In this document: in pieces, positions 12,336 through 25,231 of the stretch
Numbering within the stretch: the stretch's first letter is position 1
Layout of the letters: the number at the start of each line of letters is the position of its first letter
DNA from: Mobula hypostoma
Taxonomy: Eukaryota
NCBI RefSeq assembly: GCF_963921235.1
Contig: NC_086097.1
Location: 165,976,001-166,040,000 of the forward strand
Direction: 5' to 3'
Length of the DNA: 64,000 bases
Translations under genes and position numbers: made by a program
The notes under the pieces: generated by a model
The model's database searches: none
What the model saw: the letters and a program-made list of their open reading frames with translations, nothing else
What the model was told of the DNA's origin: nothing

Positions 12336-13726
12336 TGACCTTGTTGGTGGAAGAGCTGGGTTCAGAGTTGTGGGAGAAGCTTGGGCAAGTTACAGCAGTG
12401 CATTTTGTATATGGCACACACTGCAATCACTTTGCACCGGCAGTGACAGAAGTGATTGTTTGGTATGATTGATGGGTTTGACAATCAGTGAGCTGCTTTA
12501 TCCTGAAAGGTGGTGAGGATCTCAAAAAGAGAAACTGCTTGGGTTACATCAAATGGGATATCACAGTATCCCCCAATCACAATGAGCCTGGGAATGGAAT
12601 TAATTTTTGATATTAACCACCTATTTCCACCATCCAGGACATGCCCTTCTCTAATTAGTGCCATCAGGGAAGAGGTGCAGGAGCCTGAAGACACACACCC
12701 CAATATTTTAGGAGCATCTTCTTCCCGTCTGCCATCAGAATTCTGAAAGCTACCTTACGATTCTACTCTCTTTTTACACTACCTATTTATTTATTATATA
12801 CTTCTTAAATTAGCATAGTTTCTTTATGTCTTGCACTGTACTGCTACCTGCAACACAACAAATTTCATGACAAACGTCAGGGATAATAAGCCTGATTCTG
12901 GTTCTAGTAGCACAATTGCCTTCATCTGAGCTCAGAAAGGAAATGCTTTCTCCCCAGATGAACTTGCCTGTTGCTTCTTTTCTAAGTTACCATTGAAAGC
13001 ACCCTGATAACTGATATCGGTCTCAATGCCTAACCTAATTATCCTCAGCTGACCTTTCCCCCAAACACCTCTGCAACACTGCCTGGCTAGTTCCTTAATG
13101 ACCTACTTAACTGATTGCTTTCATTCTTCCCACAGGGAAATACTTGCCCCTAATCATTTCCTCAATATGGTAACATTCTGACCACTTTACACTACAACGG
13201 TTGGTCCAAGGACTGAATAGTTGAAGCAAAATAGCTGTTCCTGAAGCTAGTGGTGTGGAACGTCAAGCTTCTGTACCTCCTGCCTGATGGTAGCTGTGAG
13301 AAGATGGCATGACCCAGAAGGTGTGGATCATTGACGATAGATGTATCCCTCAATCACAGTAGGAAGAATTAACCTAACAACTTGCATGCCATTGGGCTGT
13401 GGGGGGAAAGCAAGGCGCTTGGTGGAATTGGAATTGGAATTAGTTTATTCTCGTCACATGTACCAAGATACAGCGAAAAGCTTGTCTTGCATATTGTTTT
13501 ACAGATCAGATCATTACACAGTGCATCGAAGTACAACAAGGTAAAACAATAAGAATACAGAATAAAGTGTAACAGCTACAGAGGAAGTGCCACCAAACAA
13601 TAAGGTGCAATATCATAATGAGATAGTTGTGAGGTCAAGATTCCAACTCATCATACTAGAGAACTGTTCAATAGTCTTATAACAGTGGGGAGAAGCTGTC
13701 CTCGAGCCTAGATCTACATTCTTTCA

Positions 13727-13905
13727 CAAGCAAGAGAAAATACGCAGATGCGGAAGCCAAAGCAATACACATCAAATGCTGGAGGAACTCAGCAGGCCAG
13801 GCAGCACCTATGGAAAAGTCGACGTTTTGAGAAGGGTCTCGGCCCAAAACATTGACTGTTTATTCTCTTTCCATAGATGCTGCCTGGCCTGCTGAATTCC
13901 CCAAG
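13727..13905. mobile_element. Penelope-derived fold-back repeat (truncated hammerhead)
   Basis: Inverted arms (ctcagcaggccaggcagca / gctgcctggcctgctga) of the same family as 852-1152. The junction falls inside the hammerhead motif. Confidence 0.7.
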
Positions 13906-14079
13906 TCTCTTTAGTCTCTTGTGGTCCCAAACAGAGCAATTGCAGACCAGCCATGATGCACCTAGGTAGGTGCTTTCTATGGTCAATCACTGGTAAGGAG
14001 TGGTAATACTCGAAAGGGATGTGCCAAATTTCTTTGGCCTCCTGGGGAAGTAGAGGCATTGGTGAACTGTCACAGACAA

Positions 14080-14185
14080 AGGGAGGGACGTGCAAACTCC
14101 ACACAGATAATGCCTGCGATCTGGATCGAACCTGGAATGCTGGACCTGTGAGGCAGAACCTCTACCAGCTGTGTCGCTGCTGCCT
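14080..14185 (-). mobile_element. V-SINE/HE1-like tRNA-derived SINE, 5' part
   Basis: Minus strand has a B-box-like CAGGTTCGATCC followed by the V-domain TGTGTGGAGTTTGCACGT. Confidence 0.7.
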
Positions 14186-15587
14186 AAATGTGTCAAATGC
14201 GTATGTCAGGACCTGGAGCGAGAATCAAGCAGCAGGAGCAGCTCAGTGGGTTCGGCAGCATCTCCGGAGGCATTGTTGCAAGTTGAGATAATGAATCAGG
14301 ATTCTTGATGGACTTTATTATTACACAAGTGTTTCAGCACAAGGGCGGATTGACTGAGAGGTTAAAATTGACCGCACTGACAGTGGCAAGGTCCTACTCA
14401 CTTATTACAGCAGCTAGATTAAGATTACTTTAACTGTGTGATTTAAGTGAAGAAAAGAAAAAGAATTATAAATTTTTAACTGTTTGGAGATGCTCTGCGG
14501 CAATGCCTAATTTTGCAATAATATGTGCTGCCGCGTTTTCTGACAGCATGTAGTGAAATAATCTCAGCAGAATTTCACTCCAAATCCTGCCATACAATGG
14601 CTGTTCTGTTCAAGTCAAGTTATTTGATTGTGCGGGTTACTGGTGCATCACTGATACCGTGGCACTTATTCTGAGCCAGCCAAGAAAAACTGGAGAATAA
14701 TGGAAGGCAATTAACATTAACCCTTCATAGGCCACAGCGTTTCAAAGCAGTAGTGTAACTTGAGGCAGAAGTGCAAAATAATAAACTTTTTTTCCAAATT
14801 CAACTACATAAATGATGTACAACATATTATAAATTGCATCCTACCCACAGGCTTGTCATCCAGTTGAAACTAGCTGGTTGCCAGGTGAAGAAGTGAAGAT
14901 AAAAACCCCACAATGATTAAACAGGTCAGTCAGGAATTTCCTCCATTGCTCCAATATGTTTAATGAAACTGAAGGGACAGGACCTCTCTGTCTCTGCCTC
15001 ATCGATAGTGAAGGCCAGAGGGAAGAAGGTGATATCTGGTGGGCTGGGGCAGCAAGAGTCAAGCTGAATGATTTTCCGGTTCAAGAGGTTGAAATAATTT
15101 CCGCTGCTTTCCATTTGCCTGATCATTTCCTGACAGAGACACTCAAAGGCTTTTAGGAATTGTCGGGCTGATGCTTGAATTCTTGATCTCTCAATCTATC
15201 CTGTTATGGTCTTGCATTTCAGCTGTTTACCTGCACTGCACTTTGTAGCTACAATATTATATTTTGTTTTCTTTTTCAACCCTACACAGCACTTTATCCT
15301 TTTCCCTCCTCTGGCACAGTTAACGTTGAGAAAATTGACATTATTTTTGCTTCAATCACTAACACTGAATTCCACAACCTTTGAGACAATGATGTCTTTT
15401 CTGCTTTTTGCTCTAAGCCCCTTTTGGATCTGCTTGCTAAGTCTAGATTCTGAACAAGCAGAACCCCTCAGCTTCAATCAACCCTATCCCATCTATTCAG
15501 CATTTTAAACACTTGACAAATACCCTTATGTTAAAGAGAACTAGCCTCATATTTCAATGTTGTTACTGAGTTATAAAGTTTAAGCAA

Positions 15588-15772
15588 AAAACAAGAGAAA
15601 ATCTGCAGATGCTGGAAATCCGAGCAATACACAAAATGCTGGAGGAATTCACCAGGCCAGGCAGCATCTACGGAAAAGAGTACAGTTGAGGTTTCGGGCC
15701 AAGATGTCTACTGAACTCTTTTCCATAGATGCTGCCTGGCCTGCTGAGTTCCTCCAGCATTTAATGTATGTT
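15588..15772. mobile_element. Penelope-derived fold-back repeat (truncated hammerhead)
   Basis: Inverted arms aatgctggagga...catcta / tagatgctgcc...ctccagcatt, with the junction within the hammerhead motif. Confidence 0.75.
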
Positions 15773-18700
15773 CCTTTTTAACCAATTTATTGCTTATTTA
15801 TTATTATTATTACTTTCTTTTTGTATTTGCACACTGGTTATCTGCCCTATTGGTTGAGTCTTTCATTGATTCTATTATGGTTATTGGATTTATTGAGTAT
15901 GCCTGCAAGAAAATGAATCTCACTGTTGTACTTTGATAATAAATTTAGCCCACCATGTCTATCCTGACATTTAAAGTACCCACTTCGACTAATTCAATTT
16001 GCCAGCACTTGCTTGTTTATTATGCCTTGCCAATTCGAGTGTTGTGAGTTTCACTGCTGACAACCACACCCTGGGTTAAGCAATTATTTCTCAGCCTGCC
16101 TCATTTGTATCCTCTAGTTTTAGACCACTCATTAATGGAGTTATTTTTGTTTTCCTGATTACATTTGCTCACATTAGGCATCATCTTATTTATTCGTAGT
16201 GTCTTTATAACCTTAATAGCCCTCCACCAGTACTGAGTCTGATCCTGCTAAGAGTACTGTTGGCAAACGGTCTCGGTCTGAAACATCGACTGTACTTTTT
16301 TTCCCCCATAGATACTAACTGGCTTGCTGAGGTCCTCCACCATTTTGGATTTCCAGCATCTGCAGATTTTCTTTTGTTTGTGATTACAGTACTCTTGGCT
16401 CAAGTCTTGTACAAATTCATTGTTACATTTTGAACATAAGACTTTCCTGCTGGTAACGATGTCTTTAATGCTTTAATAGGAGTTCTCGAGTCAACATGCA
16501 AATTAACCTGATGCAATTATCAGAAGAATAAGAACCAAAGAATCTCTTTGGGCTGAGGGTGCAGAAGACATTTTAACTCATTAACTCAACATTAAAATAA
16601 AATGCTAATGATACTCAGCAGGTCGGGCAGCAGCTGTTGGGTTTGTGGTCTGAACATGTCATCAGAAATGAAAAAGTCATCGCCTAAAAATTTTAACTTC
16701 TTCCCTTCTCTTCAGATCTGCGGCTTTGCTGAATATTTCTAGCATTCCATCAGGATTTCCAGCATCTTTGGTTGAATATAATTCTGATACTGAGGCGCCA
16801 AAAGGTGATATAGCCCTTAGGAATATTTACTCTGAGGCTTTGTAAACTGGGTCTTCAGCCCCTTGGTATCATAGTAATTCTCCCACCGCAGTGTTTCATA
16901 CAATCCATAATGGGAACAAGGCAAGTCTTATCCTCAGTAATAATAATGTACCTCCACTCCCAAATGAAGAAGCCATCAACTAGACTGGTATTCAAACATG
17001 CAACAACAGCTCCAATATACAATAAATAAGCCTATCAAAAGATGAGTCATTTAGAAATTAATCAAATCTCCTGTTAATGAAGTAGCATGCAAACTGGGGT
17101 TCTATAGAGGGGTGGGAAGGACAGGTTCAGGACAAAAGCTGATGTTATTTCCGTTTATAAATTGTTGCGTGATAATATGTTTATTTTGTTGAAAGCTATT
17201 AATCTCAATATGACTCATTGGAACTACTCTCACTGCTAGATTACTTTCAGTGAAGCTCAATTACATTGAATGAATCCTGAAAAAACTGCTTCCAAGTTCC
17301 TACCCACCTTCCACTCATTAGCTCGATAATTGTTTGCAACTGCTCAATGCATTAGTTAAGATACGGTTAAAGTGCGAGTTTACCAATGCTGAACTTGCAG
17401 TCACAAGGTGGAGCATAGAGCAAAGTGAAATGAAATTCCCTGGAGACAGTAATCTCACAGAGCTTTAGTTTGACATGCATGGGTTGTAAGTTCAGTGTAG
17501 CAGCAAACCGACTTATAAAGAGAATTAGAGGATCCACTAGAGCCTTGAGCAAAACTGAAACTTGCTTCACCTCACCTAAAATAATTGGAGAGAAGTGGCT
17601 GTCGGCTCTCTGCTTCTAAATATGATTGATGGGTATACGGGTTGTGGAAGTGTGAATTCTCTCTGGTGTATATGTGTCAGCTAGACTGAACTTATGTTAA
17701 ACTGCAAGCATCAATTTCACATTTATTAAAAGGATTATCAAATATTTTATTCATAACCATGAAGGCAGTTGGCACAGAAGGAAATCATTCAGCTCTGTGT
17801 TTAGTTGCACTTTGATGGAATGATCCAAGACTAATTCCACTTCCCTGGCTCTCCCAGCAAAACATTCTGCCTCAGTATTTATCCTCTTCCCTAATGATTT
17901 CTGTCACAACCAACCTCCCACTGGTAGAGTATTACAACAGCCCAAATAAAGACATCTCCCTCTTCCCTTTAGCAACACTGTTTTTGTGATGACTCCTTCA
18001 TTGCTCCCTCCAGAGACAAAGAAAGATGAATTATAGAGAGAGCATTATTTTGCTGAGTCTCAGTGCCTGAGGATTCTAATTCACTTGAAGTAATAACATG
18101 CATTGACAGAATTTACACTCAAGTATTTGATCAATTTTTGCTGTTTTGTTGGCATTTCCATGAAGTGCTTTGGGATTAACTTTTTCTCAAAGTGTGCAAC
18201 ATACAGCCTTAGAAAAATACAGTAGGAACCAGGCCCTTCACCCCACCAAGTCCATGCTGACCCTCAACCATCCACTTATGTAAAGCAATTCCATTTTTAT
18301 TGTCTTCCCATCTCCTTCAACTCCCAGCAGGGTCTACCGCTATCTTACATACCAAGGATGTTTCACAGAGGCCAATTAATTTACTTTGGGATGTGGCTGA
18401 AAACACAAGTATCCAGAGGAGATCTCTGCGGACACAGACATCACTAAAGGCCACAATAGAACCCAGCTTCATCAGTGACTCTACCAGCTCTGATACTGCG
18501 CTCTCCAATATACATTTGGATTGTAGCAGTTGTGAAAGCAAAGATCTGTGCTTGTGTTAAGGTGATATTCCCTGAATGGTGGATGTCAGTGGATGATCTG
18601 GATATGCGGAGCAGAAGACATGGCTGAGGACAGAATGGAGCCTGGCAGCATTAAGCACATATCACAACAGATGGCTCGAACCCATAAAAAAGCATCAGTA

Positions 18701-21182
18701 TAGAGTCTCCCATCCCAATTCTTCTGAGGAGATACAAAAGAATGCAGATACTGGAAATTGGAGCAATCTACTCAGCAGGTCAGGTGAATTCTATGGGATG
18801 AAAGTAACTGTCAACATCCTGGTTTGAAACCCCGCATTAGGACTTTGCTCCCATTTCTTCCATGGGCTAAACACAGCTTAGCAGAGATCACACACATTCT
18901 AAACTCCTATCTCATCATTCCCTCTCCTCAGTACTACCATCAGGGAGAAGGTGCAGGAACTCAAAGAGACACTCAATATTTTAAAAACAGCTTCTTCCCT
19001 CGGCATTCAGATTTCTGAATGGTCCATGGATGTTACCTTGCTATTCCTCTCTGCACTGTTTATTATTTTTTCATTGAAAGTTATGGTATTTAGTTATACC
19101 TACACTGTACTGCTGCCGCAAAACAACACATTTCTCGACGTATGTCAGTGATAGTAAACCTGATTCTGATTCTCAGGAGGCAACACCACGTACACATAGT
19201 CCTGCTCTATTTTCACTCCATTCTCGAATTAAATCCACCCAAGACAGGAACAAATGGGGAGAAATGTAGGATGGAGTTAGAAGTGAGAGGTCTGGGAGAT
19301 TGGTAACGGTGGATCAGTGCACTAGAGTCAGGTTTATACTAAAAAAAGATGCACTTATTTATGGAGATGGAGCAGGTCCCAGGAAATCTGTTCTGGCATT
19401 AGTCCAACTTCCTGATATCTGGTCAGGGACACCAGTGCACAAATAATCTGTCTAGGGACAAACAGCAGGGGACTGCCAACTGAATTGAAGACCTAATTAA
19501 AATTCAAGTGGTGGAGTTTACAAGAAACTGTTCATTGTTTTCCTTGCACAGCTAATATCATCCCACTGAAAGCCTTCTCATCTGCATCCATGTCAGAGAT
19601 GATTATTCAATGAACTATTTTGCGCACTTGTGTACAATAACGTCAGTTCAATTTTACATAGAATCTAGGACAGGGATAGGCCACGACGTTAGCGCCGAAC
19701 ATGATGTCAAGTTAAGCTAAATCTGTCCTGCCTGCATATACTCCATATCCATATCTATCTGAAAGCAACTTAAAGCCATTATCCTATCTGTTTCCACCAC
19801 TAACCCGGCAGCCCGTTCCAGGCACATGATAAAAAAAACTTATCCCGCACATCTTTAAACTTTCCACTGGGTGTTGGATTTACTTGGAATCATTCAAGGT
19901 ACAGGACTGTTGCGTGGGATGCCTCGCCGCACCTTGCTCTTGGACTGAACGAACCAAGTCAGAAACTCTGCATTCTTTTCATCAACCTCAAGGTACAACG
20001 CTAGGTCGAGAGAGAGAAAGAGAGAAAGATATTTATCTTATCAAATAGATGAGGTCTGAACCTCAGTGATTCGCAGCTCCGGGCCGCTAATGTCCCAGTA
20101 GAACTTTCAGTGCCCTGCATTGAAATCTGTCGTGTTTAGAGGGTTGTCTTTCATGGATGCCGCGGCGCTTGATTAAGTGAACGAAAGAGGCACGATATTG
20201 ATAATCGGCCGCTGGGTAAAGTTACGGTGCGGTTTAACCAACAGATCTCCAACTTTTAAATTGCTAAATAAAATGCCGACTCTTTAGAACCTGCGCCTCA
20301 ACATATTTAAATACATTTAAAAATAACTTCAGAAGCAGGGTTATTATCACTGATTATTGTCGTGAAATTTGCTAGTTGCCGCAGCACCGTGCAAGACATA
20401 AAATACTGTAAGTTACAGCAACAATAATAAACCTACAAATAAATAAATAATGCGTAAGAGTACTTCCTGAGTAACTTCATTTCAGCAGGGATTCGGAAAG
20501 GTGACATAAACTATATTTCTTTCAGAAACAAAGTCCCCGCACCAATGACCTTTACATTTAGCCGTGAATTTATTGACCTGCACCTCGCCACTTGCCTGGC
20601 CAGCTTTGATGTTCAGCGCCGAGCTTTCCAATCAGTGCCCGCCGTGCGATCCTGACGATTCGGCCGGGCGCACTGAAACTCGCGGGTACTAAAGCTAAGA
20701 GGAATGGTCCGTGAAGAAAGCACACGGGCCATTTGCCAAACGCGGTCACCACTTAGAACTACAACCACCTGTGATACAGCATTTCACTGAGAACTCTCAG
20801 CATCCCAATGCCACTGAATCCAATCGCACGTGGACAGAACATGTAATCAAACCCTCAACGAATTATTATGATGAGGTTATTACAGCATTTTAAAAAAGTG
20901 TGCACCCGAAACGCCAACTGTCCACTCCCCTCATAGATCCTGCTAAGTTCCTCCAACAGCTTGCATCTTTTTGGGAAAAAAAGACAGGTGTCCTGTTTCA
21001 TGGTCCTGACCCTGATTGCTGACGAATCCTTTACCCCCACAGATGCTGCTCGACCCGCTGAGTTCCTCCAGCATTTTGTTGCTCCAGATTCCAGCATCTC
21101 TATTCTCTTGTTATCAACAGGTTTATTAATGTCGATGCACAGTGGTGAGCCGTAAGTTTATATCTATGTGTGTAAACACATT

Positions 21183-21215
21183 ACACACACACACACACAC
21201 GCACGCGCGCACACG
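21183..21215. repeat. (CA)n/(CG)n alternating purine-pyrimidine microsatellite
   Basis: acacacacacacacacacgcacgcgcgcacacg, about 25 nt from the exon 1 donor. Confidence 0.9.
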
Positions 21216-21238
21216 TCGGAGATTGATGGATAACTCAC

Positions 21239-21302
21239 CAGGAAAATATAGCGTCAGCACCAGGTAATAGAAGACTGGTTTCAGGAGGTGTAAAGCCACC
21301 AT
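21239..21302 (-). CDS. APCDD1: APCDD1-family gene, coding exon 1 (signal peptide MVALHLLKPVFYYLVLTLYFP-G)
   Basis: ATG at 21302, hydrophobic signal-like peptide, donor G|GTGAGT after 21239. The 64 nt (phase 1) join in frame to exon 2. Lies in a CpG-rich region. Confidence 0.8.
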
Positions 21303-23159
21303 TTCCCTTCGGACGCACACCGCAAACTCTGCTGAAACTCTTTCCACCCAACAGATTCAGTTCACGAATCAAGGCCCCGCTTTGAACCGCCTTGAGACAG
21401 ACTCGTGAAGAGCAAGTTCAGTTCGCATCGGCGTGTGAAGCTAGCAGGCACCCAAGAAGAGGAAGAGAGAATGGCTTATTTGTGACTTTCCCCTTCCCTT
21501 CTGCCCCCTTCCGCAGGCTGAATTTTAGCTTGTTTACTGCGATGATCACTTTCCAGTGGCGGCGCAGTTAAAAGTCCGCGCGAGTTCGTTGAGATAAGAC
21601 TGTGCGGATGTTCAAAAGAAACAAGAGACGTTTCTGAGAAACTTTCTGTGTGTGATGTAGGGTGATTAAAAACTCGCCCCACCCCCTTTGCTTTGTACAA
21701 AAGTGTCCTCGTTAAAGCACCACTTGCAGAGACACCGGGAGCCGTGCGAATTCTCCGCGGGCTCGCTGCTACACTCTGCTCAGCTGCCCAGAGTTTGTCA
21801 GCGAGTATGTCTGTCGTGGTGCGGGAGGCCTCTCTGTTCCCCAGCGCATCAACACTGGCTGAGGGTCGGGAGGTGGAGACTCGCTGCTTCTTCAGCGCCG
21901 CTTCAAAGGGATGCGTTTATGACCCTCATTCCGGCGTCTCAGGAACAAATAAGAGTGTTCTTTTATTGGTTTTTAAGAGCTTCCAACCTCTGTCGGTGCA
22001 GAGGAAGATCACGACCACGCCCCTCCCAAAACGTCCCCTCTAGGTACTTCTTGATAAATGAACCATCTCTTCAAAGCAAGTTTTCGCTTTAGATGGGGAA
22101 GGAAATTAGTTTACAAGTCGCTGCCTTATACTTGCTCAGACAGCAGATTAAACTTGCTACTTTAACACATTCCGAATAAAACGAACAATGATCTGTTCAC
22201 CTGATACTAAATTGCAGCGGCAAACTTACACTGATATCATTATATTTATTGTTCTCATGCGTTGGTATCAGCTTCATATCAACAATAAATGTCATTGTTC
22301 ACGGAGCTAATAAACTCATCTGCGGCGTCTTTAACCGGCAACAACATGCGTCTCCAATCAATGAGCAGGAATGTACAAATTAATAAGAGGACGGCTACTA
22401 AAAGCTTGGCTAAAGAGGTTTAAAGAGTATCTTCAAGGAGCCGTGGTTGGAGGGAGCCCCAAAAACTTGGCAAGGAGCCAGTGGTAGAGCAATTATAACC
22501 ATGATCAGGTCAGATTCAGAGGAGCAGATTTCAGTCAGGGTTGCAGGTCAGGGAGAGACAAGGAGGGGGTTGACAAGGACAGAGTTTTACAAGGGAGGCA
22601 TTGTGTGTTGGGGAGCCAAAGTACATGATTATAACTTCTTAGAGGATCAGATATAATAAAATGATTTCAGTTTAGTCTGTTAATACAATCCTTATTATCA
22701 ACATGAACATGAAAGACTGGATGGCACTGGTGTGCAAGGGTCAATTTCACCTGGTGTGATTTATTCTGCTGCTGTTGGTGGTCACCCATGAAGTTCAAAG
22801 TTCAAAATAAATTTACTATCAAAATATCACCATGAGATTCATTTTATTGTGGGCATTCTCAGCAATTCAAATAATGGAATCAATAAAAGACCTCAGCAGC
22901 TGTGCATAAACCAGTGTGCAAAAGGCAAGAAACTGCAAACACAAAAAGAAAGACATAATAACAATAAGTAAGCAATAAGTATTGAGAATATGAGATGAAG
23001 AGTCCTTGGGAACATTTTCAGTGATCCAGTGAGTGAAGATATCCCCTTCGGTTCCTGATGGTTGAAGGGTAATACAGTACTTACCCATAAGTGTTTGTTT
23101 TAATGGAAAACCCAGCATCATACAGGAGCCCATTCCTAATCTGACTCTAATCATACCTA

Positions 23160-23492
23160 ACCAGGGGCAGCTAGTAGAGCCAGTTCCTTCCCACTCCAGT
23201 GACCCTGACTCAGCTCTGAGCATGGCTGCTGTCTGTGCGGTGCTTGCACGTTCTGTCTGTGACAGCACGGGCTTGCACTGGGTGCTGGGGTTTCCTTTCA
23301 CGTCCAAAGCAAGTCCTGGTTGGAAGTTAATTGCCGCAGGTGTGAGGGCAAGAAAAGAAATCTGCAGTGTGTTGACGTGAATGTGGGGAGACTATGAATG
23401 GGGATTGAGGTGAATGGTTGGTTGGTGGACAATGTAGTCTCATTGAGCCAAAGGTTCGGTTTCAATGCTGTATCCTTCTGTAACTCCATGAC
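23160..23492 (+). mobile_element. V-SINE/HE1-like SINE
   Basis: gctgtctgtgcggtgcttgcacgttct V-domain-like core and a CR1-like 3' tail (ctgtaactccatgactc). Related copies at ~28290-28530, 54420-54720 and 56605-56800. Confidence 0.65.
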
Positions 23493-25231
23493 TCTAAAAG
23501 CAGGGAATGAGGACCTTTGTTCTATGAAGCATCCTTACATTGGTTTGATTTATAATCTACCAAGTTAATTGCAAAGCTACTGTACAAAGTTTCTGCAGCA
23601 CATTGGAATATTCATTGCTTGGATACACAAGACGTATGTCAAGTCCATCAGGAGTTCCATCTGATGATGAATCATTTGCTGGGTGTGGGGATCCTGTCTG
23701 ACAGTAGGTATTGCCAAAGGAAATTTGTCCCAGGATCTCTCAGACCAGTGTTGTGGCGCTTTGTCTTTGGAGGTGCAGAGTAAACATACACTTGTAGAGC
23801 CCTTCACGTCCTCCAAACATACTTCGACTTCATTTATACCTTTGCATTGTCTCTAAGGCATGGTTGGTACTGGAGTTAAGTGTCTACCATTAAAGATTTA
23901 GATATTTTCTATTACTGGTCCTTTGCGTCCATCTAAGTCTGACACAATGGATCTGACTGACAGTCTTTTTCGGAAACTGCGCTAACTATTTTCAGGTGGT
24001 TTCTCAGGCCTTGGTGCTTAAAGCATAAAGTCGTAAAGTCATATAGCACAGAACCAGGCCATTCAGCCTGTCATATCTATACAGACCATCAAGTACCCAT
24101 CTGTACTAATCCCATCATCCAGCACTTGGTCTGTAGCCTCTTAATTCCCTGGCAATTCAAATATTCGTCTGGATGCTTGTTAAATATTGTGAGAGTCTCT
24201 GCTCCCACAACCCTCTCAAGATGTGCACTACAAACTGCAGCCACTCTCTGGGTGAAAAAAAATCTTCTTTAATTCTGTTGTAAATCTGTTACTCCTTACA
24301 GATTCAGAGTCGGATTAGTTTACACCAGAGTGAAATGAAATTCCTTGCTTGCATGAAGTTCGGAGAGAAAGCAGGACGGATGGTAATAATAAATTAACAA
24401 TAACCCCAGCAATGAGCACAAGAACATCAGAACGATGCAAATCTGAAGTAATGTTGAAAGAAATGTAAAACTAACAATAATGAAATAATAAAGGGTACCG
24501 ACACTGTCCTCTGCCATGGGAAAAAGTTTTCCAGGACCTACCCCATTCTTAAGAATCCTCTTCAAGATTTCAAATCCCTTCATACTCCGAGCCCCCTTTT
24601 TAAAACCTGCTCCAGTTTGAAATCACTGTGAAATAGCCGTATCTCTCTTGTTCTGGGCAGAGAATATTGCTATTAACTGCTCTACATATATAGGCTGTGC
24701 CCTATATGAAGAGAGCTCTGAAAATTTTGATGAGCTCAAAAAAAAAATCAGTATCAAAATGTAACTGTTATATTTTAAGTATGTGGATTATAATTCATTA
24801 AACTACAAATTTTTCAATTTGTTTTATTTTTCATGCAGCTTATTGATGGTTTTCATTTTCTGCCACAATCTTAAGAGTTCCTGTCTTTATTTAGCAGCTT
24901 TTGTACAGATTAAAATTGAAAATGGTCTTTTATTAAAGGATCAGTGAAAACTATGTTTTGTTTCCATGCTAGCTTGCTGTCTGGGAACATTCTTTAAAGT
25001 GGTTGACTGCTCAGTGAATTTGAGGACATCTCTGGTGTTGGGTGCCAGGGATCATGTTGAACATATGTCTGATGCAATTAAAAGCGAGTAAAGAGAATTT
25101 CACATTGCAGATCTTTGTGGGAAGCTTCCTTTGGGAGCTGTTGCTTAAACTCTTTACAGTCCTGTTTAAGGGAGTTCACTTGGCATTGATTAACCATCCC
25201 TTTATATGACACTCCAGCACAGGATCAAAAT

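Larger units (their letters stand above)
19900..22350 (-). promoter_or_regulatory. CpG-rich promoter/5' region of APCDD1 with clustered TCF/LEF consensus sites
   Basis: Visible rise in CpG relative to the rest of the window. CTTTGWW/WWCAAAG motifs at 20527, 20604, 21380, 21691, 21902 and 22070. Surrounds exon 1. Confidence 0.7.

Noticed and set aside
21688..22092. Overlapping 134-aa and 116-aa plus-strand ORFs upstream of exon 1
   Set aside because: No recognisable motifs; stop-poor frames are expected in GC-rich promoter DNA. A divergent non-coding transcript cannot be excluded.
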